Origin: Amoebidium appalachense
Lineage: Eukaryota; Protista; Ichthyosporea
Assembly: GCA_963693365.1 (NCBI GenBank)
Contig: CAVNZM010000014.1
Coordinates: 1 to 64,000, forward strand
DNA: 64,000 nucleotides
Reading direction: 5' to 3'
The position numbers and the translations under genes were made by a program. The first letter of the stretch is position 1. Every line of letters begins with the position of its first letter. The notes under the pieces are model-generated. The model did not search any database and was not told the DNA's origin. It saw only the letters and a program-made list of their open reading frames with translations. Shown here piece after piece: positions 52,413-64,000 of this stretch.

Positions 52413-53082
52413 ACACCTTTCCCCTCCGCCCCCCCCCTCCCCCTCCACCCCCTGCTTTCCCTCCAGCTCCTCCCAGCTACGGAGAGGTAACCGGCGCAAC
52501 TTCAATGCCTTTAGCTTCAGTCCACACAAAAGACAGTCGCCCTCCACCGCACATAGGCACCCCTCTGAACTGAAAACTGAGCGAGGAGAAAGTTCAACGC
52601 CTGTGTGTGTGCACACGTGTTTTGTGTGAGTGCGTGTGTAGTCCGCGTGTAGGTGATGTTCAGATACTACGGAGCGGTCATGGAATGGGGGTGGGGGGTG
52701 GGGTGGGATGGGGATGGGGGGTGGGACTCCGGGGGGGTGTGGGTAAGGGTAGGGGAGGGGTGGGGCGGAGGGGAGGAGGGGGGCAGGGGAAGGGGAAGGG
52801 AGGCATACACTTCCGTTGGTTCATGCCTTTTCTCTACTGTTAGCTGGGATGGTTGGACGGGATGGGGGATGAGGGCAGAGGGGAGAGGGCTGTGGGTGGG
52901 TGGGTCGGTGTGGGGGACGCGACGGGGCGTGCTTCTGGTACATCTGGTTTATAATATCTCGCTCACAAAAAAAAAAAAAAAAAAAAAAAAAGAGTATCTT
53001 GAATCCGCAAAGTACATCCGGGTGCCACTGTCCCATGCATGCACGGCAGGTCAGCAGGCAAAACACGTTCATGTGTGCTTGT

Positions 53083-53117
<35 letters not shown>

Positions 53118-53826
53118 CCCCTCTCCCCCTCCCCCCTCCCCCCCCCCCTCCCCCCCCCTCCCCCCCCCCCCCCCCTTCATCTCCCACCCTCCCCTCCCTT
53201 CAACACCGCCCCCTACACAAACTTCTAGATCTTGAACATGCTCCCTCCCTTCTCTCCCTCTTTCCCTCTCTCTCCCCCTCCCCCATGGCCAGCAAATGGC
53301 GCCTCGGCCGTGTCCCCTCCCCTCAAGCCGGAGAAGGTCACAGAGCCACACGAACTCTGCACGGACATTGCACCTTGTCAACCACTGTTGTGATTCGCCA
53401 ACTGCAAAGGGGGGTTGAACACGAACTGCAAAGTGCACCACTACAGGGCAGGTACACAGCTCATGTGTGCGGTTTGAGCCCTATATTTTTTAAAAAACAT
53501 ATGTTAATTATTCTTAATGTTTATATTGTTTATGTACAATGTGTATATATTTCGTTGAGCGGGGATCAGCCTAAAAGTCACCTACAGTCAAAATCTTTAC
53601 CCACTTCCAATATTGCTTGACCATTGGTTGCTTATCATAGTTCGTGTTTTAGGCGGGCTTGACGCGAGTGGACGCCACACAAAAATCCGTCAAGTTGTCA
53701 ACTTGTCACCACTTTTACCAAAGTTCTAAGGCTTGCTAGCGGACATACTATGAACACTGAGAGTGTTTTCCACCGAATTTTTTCATAGTTTGCACGTACA
53801 CCACTGCTCCAAGCAACACACACAGC

Positions 53827-54499
53827 ATGTCGCAGCCACAACAGCGTGGTGGTGGTGGTGGTGGTGGTGGCAAGGGGCGCGGGGGCGGTGGCAAGGGGCG
53901 TGGGGGTGAGCAAGGGCGGGGAGGTGGGGCACCGCGTGGTGGTGGTGGGGGTGCACCCAGAGCTCCCAGACCCGCAGCGCCTGCCGGCCCAGAACCCGTC
54001 CAGCCCCAGCCACGGCAGTGGGGTGCTCCGCGACCTGCCCGTCCCCCCATCCCTGCAGCCCAACAACCAATCCAACCCCCACGACAGCCCGCCCCTGCGC
54101 CTGCGCGTGCACCCGCGCCTGTGCCCGCACCTGCCCCTGCCCTTGCGCAGACACCTGCACCTGCCCCACAGCCTGCACGTGCGGCGGCACCTGTGCAGAC
54201 ACCAGCACGTGTGCGTGTTGCGGAGTTGGATGAGGAGGCCAAGCAGTTTAAGACCGTGGCTAGGCCAGGCCCAGGCACCAATGGCAAGGTGGTGCAGCTG
54301 AGGGCAAACTTCTTCCCTCTGAAGAGCGAAACACTCAAGGAGACGGCCTGGCACTATGATGTCAGCGTGGAGCCGGAGATAAAGGTGCGTGTGACTGGCT
54401 GTGAACCTCATTGTGTGCGTGAGTGCGTGGGTGGATGTATGTGTGCATGTGTCCGTGTGTGCGTGTGTGTGTGCGTGTTTGGGCATGCGCTTGTGCAGT

Positions 54500-54537
<38 letters not shown>

Positions 54538-56255
54538 CATGGGTGTGTGTGTGTTTATGCCCGTATATGTATGCATGTGCGTTTAATCATGTCCATGTGT
54601 ATGTGTGTGCATGTATGCGTGTGTGTGTGTGTGTGTGTGTGTGTGCCTGCGTGCGTGTTCGCGCATGCGCGTGTCTGCACGTGCGTCTGTGTGTGTGCGC
54701 CCGTGCCCGTGTGTGTGTGGTGTGTGTGCGCACGTGTTTCGTGCACGGGCAAGCGTGTGCCTGCACACGCTGCGGACGGGTTGCGTGGGTGCGGGCGTGT
54801 TCTGTTGAGTGTAGTTGTGTGCCTGTGTGAGTTTGTGTGTGCACGTATTTGCGTGTGTGCCTGTGTGTGTGTGTGTTCGTGTGTTATGTGCTCGCGCGTA
54901 TGCGGGTGTTTTGTATGCGTGGTAGCGTGCACATCTTTTGGCTGCCCCTTTCACGTGTGTGGCCATCATTACGTATGTTTCCTGTTGCCTGTGCACGAGC
55001 ATGTGGGTGTGAGTGCTTTCATTAACTTGTACATATGTACCACGCAATTACCACTTGCGTGCAAGTGTACAGGCCACCTTGATGTATACCTGTGTGTTCG
55101 GCGGGGTGTGTGTGTCTAGTAACTATTATTAGACACGTGCTTGAATGCATGCTGTGCATTTTATTTCTGTTCTTGTTTGAGCTCAAGTTGTGCGCATTCG
55201 TGCAAAGGTTTTTTGTCCAGCCGTGCAACTGTTGGTCCTATTCTTAGGTGCCTCATCTCTGTGCTTGTGTGCATCCCCCCCCCCCCCCCAACACACACAC
55301 GCATGCAAAAGAAACCAAAGGAACGAAGAAGTTGAAAGGGAAAGGACGTGCAGTGTTGTATTGCTGATTATTCCACCGCCACTTGGATGCCTCGAATACT
55401 AGTTAGGCATGTGTCGTGCTTGTGGGCTGCCTCTCTCTCTGTACCATCCATCCCGCAAAGAAACAAACCTGTAGAGGCACACGCACACACACACATTTGC
55501 GTGGCACATGCACAGGCACATGCACACGCACACACACACTGCAGGAGCATGTGTATTTACTAACCTGAAGAGTTTTCCTTTCTTCCCCCTTCGTTTCATT
55601 TACTATTCCTTACTGCTTTTATGGTATTACCATGCAACGTGCTTCTATCGCACTTACACCCACCCACACAGGTGAAGAAGATAGTGCGGCTGGTAGTTGA
55701 GGAGGCAGCCAGGCAGCACTTTAAGGGGGTGGCCTATGCCCATGACGGGTTAAAGAACCTGTACACTGCAAGGAGCCTGGCCCTCAGTGAGGACTCACTG
55801 GCGGTAAGTGTATTGCACGTGGTTGTGTTTGCTGATAATACTATCACGAATATATTGGTTGTGTTTGCTGATAATACTATCACGAATATATTGGTTGTGT
55901 TTGCTGATAATACTATCACGAATATATTGGTTGTGTTTGCTGATAATACTATCACGAACATATTGGTTGTGTTTGCTGATAATACTATCACGGTTGTGTT
56001 TGCTGATAATACTATCACGAATATATTGGTGGCGGTGGTGTTGTTGATGTTGCTATCGCTTGGTTTTTTTTTTTTTTTTTTTGGTGTTGTTGTTGTTGTT
56101 GTTGCTGCTGCTAGTGTTATTGCTATGGTCATCATTTTTGTTGTTATAATTGTGAGCTGGATGCCGTGGGTGTTTCCCCCTGGGCTTTTTTTCGTCCCAT
56201 TGTTTCTACTGGCACGATGTCTGTGAGCCTGATTGCTTGGAAGTGATGGTGTTTT

Positions 56256-56286
<31 letters not shown>

Positions 56287-56453
56287 TTTTTTTTTTTTTT
56301 TTGTTTTAGGGGGAGGGGGAGGGGGGGGGGGGGGGGGGATGCACTTTTTGCCTTTCATTCATGGGTTTTGCAACTGTTGCCATCGTACATGCACACAAGC
56401 ACAACTGACATACTATATTCACCCACACAAACATACACAAACACACAATCCCC

Positions 56454-56489
<36 letters not shown>

Positions 56490-57195
56490 CCACCAACACA
56501 CACACACACACACGCACATGCACACACACACACACAGGCTGACGTGGAGATAGCCCCTGAGCCCGGGACGGAGGGCAAACCCCGCAAGGTGCACGTGACG
56601 ATCCGATTGGCCGCACAGGTGTCCCTGCACGAGGCCATTGGCTCGTACCTGCGGGGCAGGTCACGTGACATACCACATGCAGCCCTGCAGGCCCTCAATG
56701 TCGTCATGAGCCACCGCCTGGCCTCAAGGTATCTTACCATCGGACGGAACATATACTTCCCGGAGACGGTACGAACCCTCCCCCCCCCCCCCCCTTCCCC
56801 CCCCCCCCTCCCCCCCCCCCCCCCCCCCCCCACCCCCCTCCCTCCCCCCCCCTTCCTCCCCTCCCCTGCCCGCTTCCTTTTAAGGACGAGAGAGAGGGGG
56901 AGAGATGGTGGGGCAGGCTGTATGCATGTGGGGCCACTTGTCCTACGTGGCGCCACACCTTACCGAGGCTGTGTACTTGCACTCTGCTTGTGCCAGTTGC
57001 AGCCCTCGGCTGGTATCTCTTCTGCCGCATGGGCACGATGGGTGGCTCGGAAGAGAAAATAGCTATGGAATTTTTCCTTTAGCGAAAGCATTTCAGCTTT
57101 TCAATGGCAGCACGGCCAGAAGAAGTCTCATAGGAAAGTGACGTATTATAGTTCCCGAATACTACCTTTATTTTACAAAGGATTGCCGATAAAAT

Positions 57196-57239
<44 letters not shown>

Positions 57240-57341
57240 TTTTCCCTCCATTCCCTTACCCAGAGGCGTGTTTGTTGCACACTGCATGAAAACAGATTGC
57301 CACCTTGACCTAATTCATGCGCGTTGACGCGCGCGCGCGCG

Positions 57342-57422
<81 letters not shown>

Positions 57423-57787
57423 AGGCAAAGCCGCTTGGTGGTGGTGTCGATGTATACCTGGGCAACTTCCAAGCAGTCAAAGTGACACAGTTAGGTCTTG
57501 CTCTCAATGTGGACGTGGCTGCCACGGCTTATGTGCGCCCTGGGCCCCTGATTGCTTACATCAAGGAGAGGGTGGCTCACCCCAGCCTGCTGGTATGAGG
57601 CTTTCTTTCTTTTCTTTCTTGTTTTTTCTCTTACCATTATTTCTTCTTCTTCTTCTTTTTTTTTTTTGTTCCCCCCATTCCCTCCCACTCCTTTTCGATA
57701 CATGAAAGGGGTGAGGGGGATAGGTTGGGGTGAGGGGGATGTGGTGGTGGTGGTGGTGGTGGTGGTGGGGTGTGTGTGTGTTTTTTT

Positions 57788-57818
<31 letters not shown>

Positions 57819-58106
57819 AGGGTATGGGGGAGGTCCGGTGGTGGTATAGTCAGTTGTCTGGACGCTGGGATTTCTGTGTAGGCCTGGAACTTGTGTTGGG
57901 GTGTGCTGTAATGTGGAACTCAAAGGAGGTGGTGTGATGGTGTGCCCTGCTATGGCGTGTGTTGGATGCAAACTGTTCTTGAGTTTCTGATTGATTTGTT
58001 GCTTTTGATTTCTTGGGAGCCCTACCCATTCTGGACTTCCCCTAGATTCACCCACTCCCCCCTCTGCACGCTTTTTCCCTCCCTCCCTCCCCCCCCCTCC
58101 CCCCCT

Positions 58107-58142
<36 letters not shown>

Positions 58143-58441
58143 TGCTGGGCTTCTGTTTCTCCCTCTTTCACCCCATCCTCAAACCTACTCCAAAATACAC
58201 TCTCTCAAAATCTACAAGAAGTACACCATAACCACATGGACACACACAGACGTTCATCCCCTCCCCCTCCCCCCTGCCCCTCTTCCCCCCGACCCGCCTT
58301 CCCTCTCGTATGTGTGTTGTGCGTTGTGGTTTTCTACTTTGTACAATGTAACCCATTCTAACCCCCCCCCCCCCCCCGCCCGCCCAAACACACACACGCG
58401 CGCGCGCACACACACACACACTCACACGCCCCCCCCCCCCC

Positions 58442-58472
<31 letters not shown>

Positions 58473-59015
58473 AAAAAAAAAAAACGCCACCATTATTCCC
58501 CCCCACACAGGCTTGAGCGCATGGGCCGTGAGGTTACAGGGCTGCGGATCCAAATCAACCACCGACGCGACATCAGAAGAAAGTATCGCATCATAGGCAC
58601 AGGCAGACCACCAGCAAGACAGGAGTTTACCCTGGATGATGGCACCACCACCACGGTGCAAAAGTACTTTCTAGACACATACGAAAGAACATTGGCCCAC
58701 CCCGATTTCCCGTGTGTTAACGTGGGCAAGCCAGGCAAGGACATATGGCTGCCTGCCGAGGTGTGTGATGTGATACCCCAGCCTTTTAACAAGGAGATGA
58801 CGACAGACCAGCGCACAAAGATGATTATGGCCACCACCCAGTCACCGCAGGAGAAAATGGGGGCTATAAATAGCAGCGTGCCCCTCAGAGAGCTGCCGAG
58901 GGATGAGGTCGTGAGGGAGTTTGGATTGGAGCTCTACACACAGATGGTGCAGGTGCGTAGTGTCTGTTAGATTTTCCGGGTTTTTTCATGTCGTTTTTTG
59001 GTGTTGGATGGGTGG

Positions 59016-59050
<35 letters not shown>

Positions 59051-59775
59051 ACCCCCCACCCACCCACCCACCCCAAAAAAAAAAAAAAAAAACATCCGAG
59101 CACACACTACTGGCATCCAATAACCCAACAATACAAGCAAGGTTTTGCGGAATGAAGTCGCGAAAAGAGTTAGAGATTTGCCAAGGAAACTTCCTCATGC
59201 AAAATAGAAGCAGTTCCTTCTTTCTTTTTGGTTTTGCAGTTTCCGAGATCCCCCCCCCCCCCCCCCCCCCCCCCCCCCGCCCCGCCCCCTCCCCCCAGTG
59301 TCCCCCTTCCCATGTCCCCCTAGGGCCCTTCTCCATGCCTGCTCTTTGCTCCGTAGTGCGATTTGCTTGCAATCTGCCAGTAAGCCAGCAAGTGGATGTG
59401 TGGGGTGTGTGATTTGCAATGGACACGTATCTTTCACAATGTTTCTGTGTTGTCATCATTTGCTTCTTTTTGTCTCCCCACATCCCCACCCACCTATCTG
59501 CCACCCACACAACCACCCTACAGGTGACCGGCCGTGTGCTTCCCAGCCCCACGCTCATGTATGAGGGCCAGGCAGGCAATGTGCGGCCAAACAACGGCCA
59601 GTGGGACATGAAGGACAGGAGGTTCAGCAGTGCAAGAAGTATCGGCAAGTGGCTGTGCATCAACTTCACAACGGAGAGGACACTGCCCAGGGCTAGGCTG
59701 CAGGAGTTTGTGGGTAGGCTGGCTAAGAGCCTGGCTGACAAGGGTGAGTATTTGTTTGATTAATTTTTTTAATTT

Positions 59776-59806
<31 letters not shown>

Positions 59807-59855
59807 GGGGGGGTGGGGGTGATGTAAGGAAGTCGCTGACGGGGGGGAGGGAGGG

Positions 59856-59892
<37 letters not shown>

Positions 59893-60289
59893 CTATGTGG
59901 ACGTGTGCTGCATTCGTTCTTCCCTTGTTGGGGGTCTTCTTTTAGGTTGATCGACCATTGCTATTGGGCTGGACAATCCTCCCCCCTCCCTCACACACAC
60001 ACAAACGTCCCTGACACACCCTCCCATACACCGTGACCCCCCCCCCCTCCCCCCCCCCCCCCCCCCCCTCTGCACACGCATTCCTGACACACCCTCCCCC
60101 CCCCCCTTCGTTCTTCCCTTGTTGGGGGTCTTCTTTTAGGTTGATCGACCATTGCTATTGGGCTGGACAATCCTCCCCCCCTCCCTCACACACACACAAA
60201 CGTCCCTGATACACCCTCCCATACACCGTGACCCCCCCCCCCCTCCCCCCCCCCCCCCCCTCTGCACACGCATTCCTGACACACCCTCC

Positions 60290-60320
<31 letters not shown>

Positions 60321-60683
60321 ACACCCAGGCATCCGCAACCCCGGTGCCCCCCCTGTGCTCCATGCCGACCCCCGCACCGTCGAGGCCACCCTGGTTGGCC
60401 AGGTGCAGGGCAAGGGCATAGATCTGGTCCTGTGTGTGCTGGAAAGCGCTAGAAGCCCGGTTTATGACGTCATCAAGAGGCTGTGTGAGACCAGGCTGGG
60501 GGCCGTGAGCCAGTGTCTGGATGCATGCAAGGTGGCAGATATGAAGGTCTCGGGGGGAGCATATCAGGTAGGGTGTTGTTTTTTGTTTTCCTTTTGTTTT
60601 TTATTTTATTTTATTTTATTTTGTGTCATTAATATATATATATCATTAAAGTTTAGGGGTTTTTTTTTTTTTTGTTTTTTGTT

Positions 60684-60726
<43 letters not shown>

Positions 60727-61060
60727 GGGAGGGGTAGGGGAGGGGGGGGAGGACGAAAGGAGCAGAAGCAGAGAAAGCTGGGCACCAGACAGAGCCCAGA
60801 AGGGACGATATGTGTGTGTGGCACCATGGATCGTGTCTTTTCACCCCACACCCTCATCTCTCCTCGGGGGTCATTGATCCCTGTCTAGTGTTGCCTCTGC
60901 ACATCCTCCCCCCCCCCCCCCCCCCCCCCGACCATAACCACCAGTACAGAAAACCCACCATGTGTACACCTGAACTATTTCTTGTTTTGTTGTGTCTAAC
61001 ATCTTTGTTGTGTCTAACATCTTTGTTGTGTCTAACATCTTTGTTGTGTCTAACATCTCT

Positions 61061-61109
<49 letters not shown>

Positions 61110-61692
61110 CCACGCACAGGTCAACGTAGCCATGAAGATCAACACCAAGCTAGGGGGCCGCAACACGGAGATAGTCCCCACTGAGCCCCTGCCCGTAGTG
61201 TCTGCTGCCCCCACACTTGTGCTGGGTGCTGACGTCACACACCCCCCACCTGGTGACGTCACTAGGCCGTCAATAGCAGCTGTGGTTGGGTCTCTGGATA
61301 TCAGCTGTGTGCAGTATGCGGGTGTCATGAGGGCACAGGTACGTATATGTGGGTGTGTGGGGGTAAATGAGTGGTTGGTTGAATGGATGGGTGGGTGGGT
61401 GGGTGGGTGGGTGGGTGGGTGGGTGGGTGGGTGGGTGGGTGGGTGGGTGGGTGGGTGGATGGGTAAATGGGTGGGTGGGGGGGGGGGGGGGGGGGGGGGG
61501 GCAGGAGGGGAGTATTTTTTGAGAGGCCGGGCATGGATAAAGCAAAGATATGGGAAGGGGAGGGGGGGGAGGGGGGGGGGGGGGGGGGGGCATGTGATTT
61601 GGCGTGCCCGTAAATGCAAATGCAAGTGTAATGGAGAAAGCAGGGGAGGAGGATCATCGCAAATTGGAAATTCCCCACAAGGGGAGAGAGAT

Positions 61693-61728
<36 letters not shown>

Positions 61729-62490
61729 CTGTCAAAGATAGCACAGCAGAAAACTACTAAGGAGTGTAGACTGGAGAGAAAAGGTCCAACAGCGGGACAG
61801 AGAAGAGAAGCCCCCCTCCTCCTTCCCTTCTCTCCCCCCTCCCCCCTTCCCTCCCTCCATCCCTCCCTGGAGAATGGACTCTGCTTAATTGAAGATGCCA
61901 CCCCTGTGAGTGCTCTGCCAAATAATAACCAGCGTTGTCCGTCGTGCATGTGCAATTTGTTCTCTTGTGAAACACTCTAACCCCCCCCCCCCACACACAC
62001 ACACACACGTACACACACACAGGAGCATCGACGTGAGGACATAGTAGACCTCAAGGGCATGGTGATTGAGCTGCTACGACACTTTGCTGCAGCCACAGGC
62101 AAGCAGGCACAGAGGATCATTATGTATCGTGATGGGGTGGGGGAGAGCATGGTGGACCAGATAGCAAGGACAGAGCTGCAGGCACTGAGGAACGCATACA
62201 AGGCGCTGTATGGGAGGGTGTGTCCTGTTGCTTTCATCAACGTGCAGAAGAGAAACAAGTGCAAGCTGTTCCCGAATAGGAAGGGGGATGGCGACTTTAA
62301 GGTGCGTGGGTGGGTGGGTGGGTGGGTGGGTGTGTATGGCAGTGATTGGGGTGGGATGGGGCGGTAGTGTGTGTGTGTGTGGAGGAAGGGGGGGGGGGGG
62401 GGGGGGGGGGGAGAGAGGGGGCAAGGGAGATAGGGGGTGGTGGTGGTTGTGTTGGTGCGTGTGTAGGTAGGTAGGTGCGTATGTGTGTGT

Positions 62491-62523
<33 letters not shown>

Positions 62524-62869
62524 GTAGTGGTTTGAGGGTGGTGGTGGTGGTGGTGGGGGCGGGGGGGTGGATTAATGCTTGATAATGGTGGTTAGACAAT
62601 TTACCTGTGTTGCTTCGACTGGCCATGTGCATACTGGGGCACATACAGTCAAACACTTTGTGCACGTGTCGGCGTTGATGCTGTGTGTGGTGCTGTTTTG
62701 TGCTGTATGTTAATGTGTGATGGAGGGCGGAAGGGGGAGGGAGGGGAAGAAGGGGCTAAGGGGAAAAAGAAGCAGGGGAAGGGGGGGTGGGGGGTGGGGG
62801 TGTGTGTGTGTGTGGGGGGGGGGGGATTGGAATTAAAAGGATATCGCTGACTGAGCTGTTCCGTACCCT

Positions 62870-62900
<31 letters not shown>

Positions 62901-63524
62901 CCCCCCCCCCCCCCCCCCCAGCCCCCAACCCCTCTCCCTCCCCGAGCATGCAGTCACTGCCATCCACTTTCTGGACATTGCACCTTCAACGCTGCCCCAC
63001 CTGCACAAGTCAAATTAACACCGCATTGCCAGTCCCCCCCCCCCCCCCCCCTCTCCGTCTTCTAATCCCGCTTCCTCGTCCTCCCCTCCCCCCCCCCCCC
63101 CCCCCCATCATCCTCCGCACTTTTTTCTCCCTTTCACCCTCTCCCCCCCCCCCCCTCCTCCCACGTGCGCGCGCGCGCACACACACACGTACAGGCCAAC
63201 CTTATGCCAGGCACGGTAGTAGACACGGGGATCGTGCACCCAACCATCTTCGACTTCTTTCTGTGCAGCCACCAAGGGCTCAAGGGCACCTCCAAACCCA
63301 CGCACTATCTGCTGTGGTTTGATGACTTGGGGTTCACCAGTGACGGCATACAGGAGCTGACAAACAGGCTGTGCTATGTGTATGCCGCATGCACACGTGC
63401 CGTGTCTATCCCTGCCCCTGCCTACTATGCTGACCTGCTAGCTGAGAGGGCCAGGAAGTTGGGCATAGAGGATATGAGGACTGCACTCAAGCCAGAGTTG
63501 GCTAGGAGGGTGTTTTACTGCTAG
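53827..63524 (+). CDS. AGO: Argonaute (AGO clade): N, L1, PAZ, L2, MID and PIWI domains; 10 exons, ~938 aa
   Basis: Exons 53827-54384, 55672-55803, 56538-56768, 57425-57592, 58511-58952, 59524-59743, 60329-60567, 61120-61338, 62023-62301, 63195-63524. Motifs [106 protein letters not shown]. One phase mismatch at the exon 4/5 junction. Confidence 0.95.
55820..56030. repeat. 36-bp minisatellite, about 6 copies, in AGO intron 2
   Basis: Unit TGGTTGTGTTTGCTGATAATACTATCACGAATATAT, head-to-tail, with internal inverted repeat TGATA-ATAC-TATCA. Confidence 0.9.
59913..60306. repeat. ~194-bp tandem duplication in AGO intron 6
   Basis: TTCGTTCTTCCCTTGTTGGGGGTCTTCTTTTAGGTTGATCGACC... starts at both 59913 and 60107. 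Confidence 0.9.
60987..61058 (+). repeat. 18-bp perfect tandem repeat x4 containing the branch-point motif CTAAC
   Basis: TTGTTGTGTCTAACATCT x4, upstream of the AGO exon 8 acceptor at 61119. Confidence 0.9.
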
Positions 63525-63609
63525 GCGGTGGGTTAGGAGAGGCAGGATATGAAGCGGGTTTTATTTATTTATTTAATCATCAACTTAGTTGTTTGTTATT
63601 TATTTTTTT

Positions 63610-63640
<31 letters not shown>

Positions 63641-63679
63641 CTTCCTTTCTTTCTTTCTTTCTTTCTTTTTTTTTTTTTT

Positions 63680-63718
<39 letters not shown>

Positions 63719-64000
63719 ATTCAAGGACACGAAATGTGTGAAAATGTATATATATGTAGAAAGAAACGAGGCTGTATTCTTCAAACCTTGCTGGGTATCC
63801 CGGGGGCTAAGGGGGTCTTCTACCCGTTTGCATCTGGTACTAATATTACTAATATCATACCATATATATATATATATATATTATATTGGTGCGGGTAGTC
63901 AACACAGCTGGGAACTTGCTATGCACTTGTGTGCTCTAGTGTGCGACTTATTCCCTGCAGCAAGGTGCTAGTTTGGCATAGCGGATAGCTTTGCTTGGCT

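Noticed and set aside
55820-56030. 36-bp palindromic repeats resembling a CRISPR array
   Set aside because: Units are head-to-tail with no unique spacers, lie in a spliceosomal intron, and no cas genes are present.
40071-63524. RNPS1, the orphan gene and AGO as a co-oriented functional cluster
   Set aside because: Each has its own promoter-like region, and eukaryotic adjacency alone does not imply shared function; synteny or co-expression data would be needed.

Overview
Intron-rich eukaryotic genomic DNA full of long G/C homopolymers, (CA)n/(GT)n microsatellites and minisatellites. Nearly all long ORFs in the six-frame track are low-complexity artefacts. Exons were assembled by hand (GT-AG sites, phase-checked) and support seven protein genes: ICMT/STE14 (+, 6 exons), a secreted bacterial-type GH20 chitobiase with an added Cys/Trp C-terminal exon (-), a DUF1772/anthrone-oxygenase-like membrane protein (+), an intronless single C2H2 zinc-finger protein (+), RNPS1 (+), a small orphan protein with a C-terminal NLS (+), and a 10-exon AGO-clade Argonaute with a DEDD tetrad (+). 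Non-coding features: an intact, very young 1.09-kb non-autonomous LTR element (TRIM) whose primer-binding site copies ~30-40 nt of the 5' half of initiator tRNA-Met; an isolated ~190-bp LSU rRNA fragment; a ~235-250-bp structured element repeated in introns of two unrelated genes; and a strand-specific intron architecture in which most acceptors sit behind (CA)n/C/A tracts instead of U-rich tracts. The gene content and style would fit a unicellular opisthokont such as an ichthyosporean, but this is inference only. All family assignments come from motif recognition, not database searches. Homopolymer lengths may carry sequencing error.
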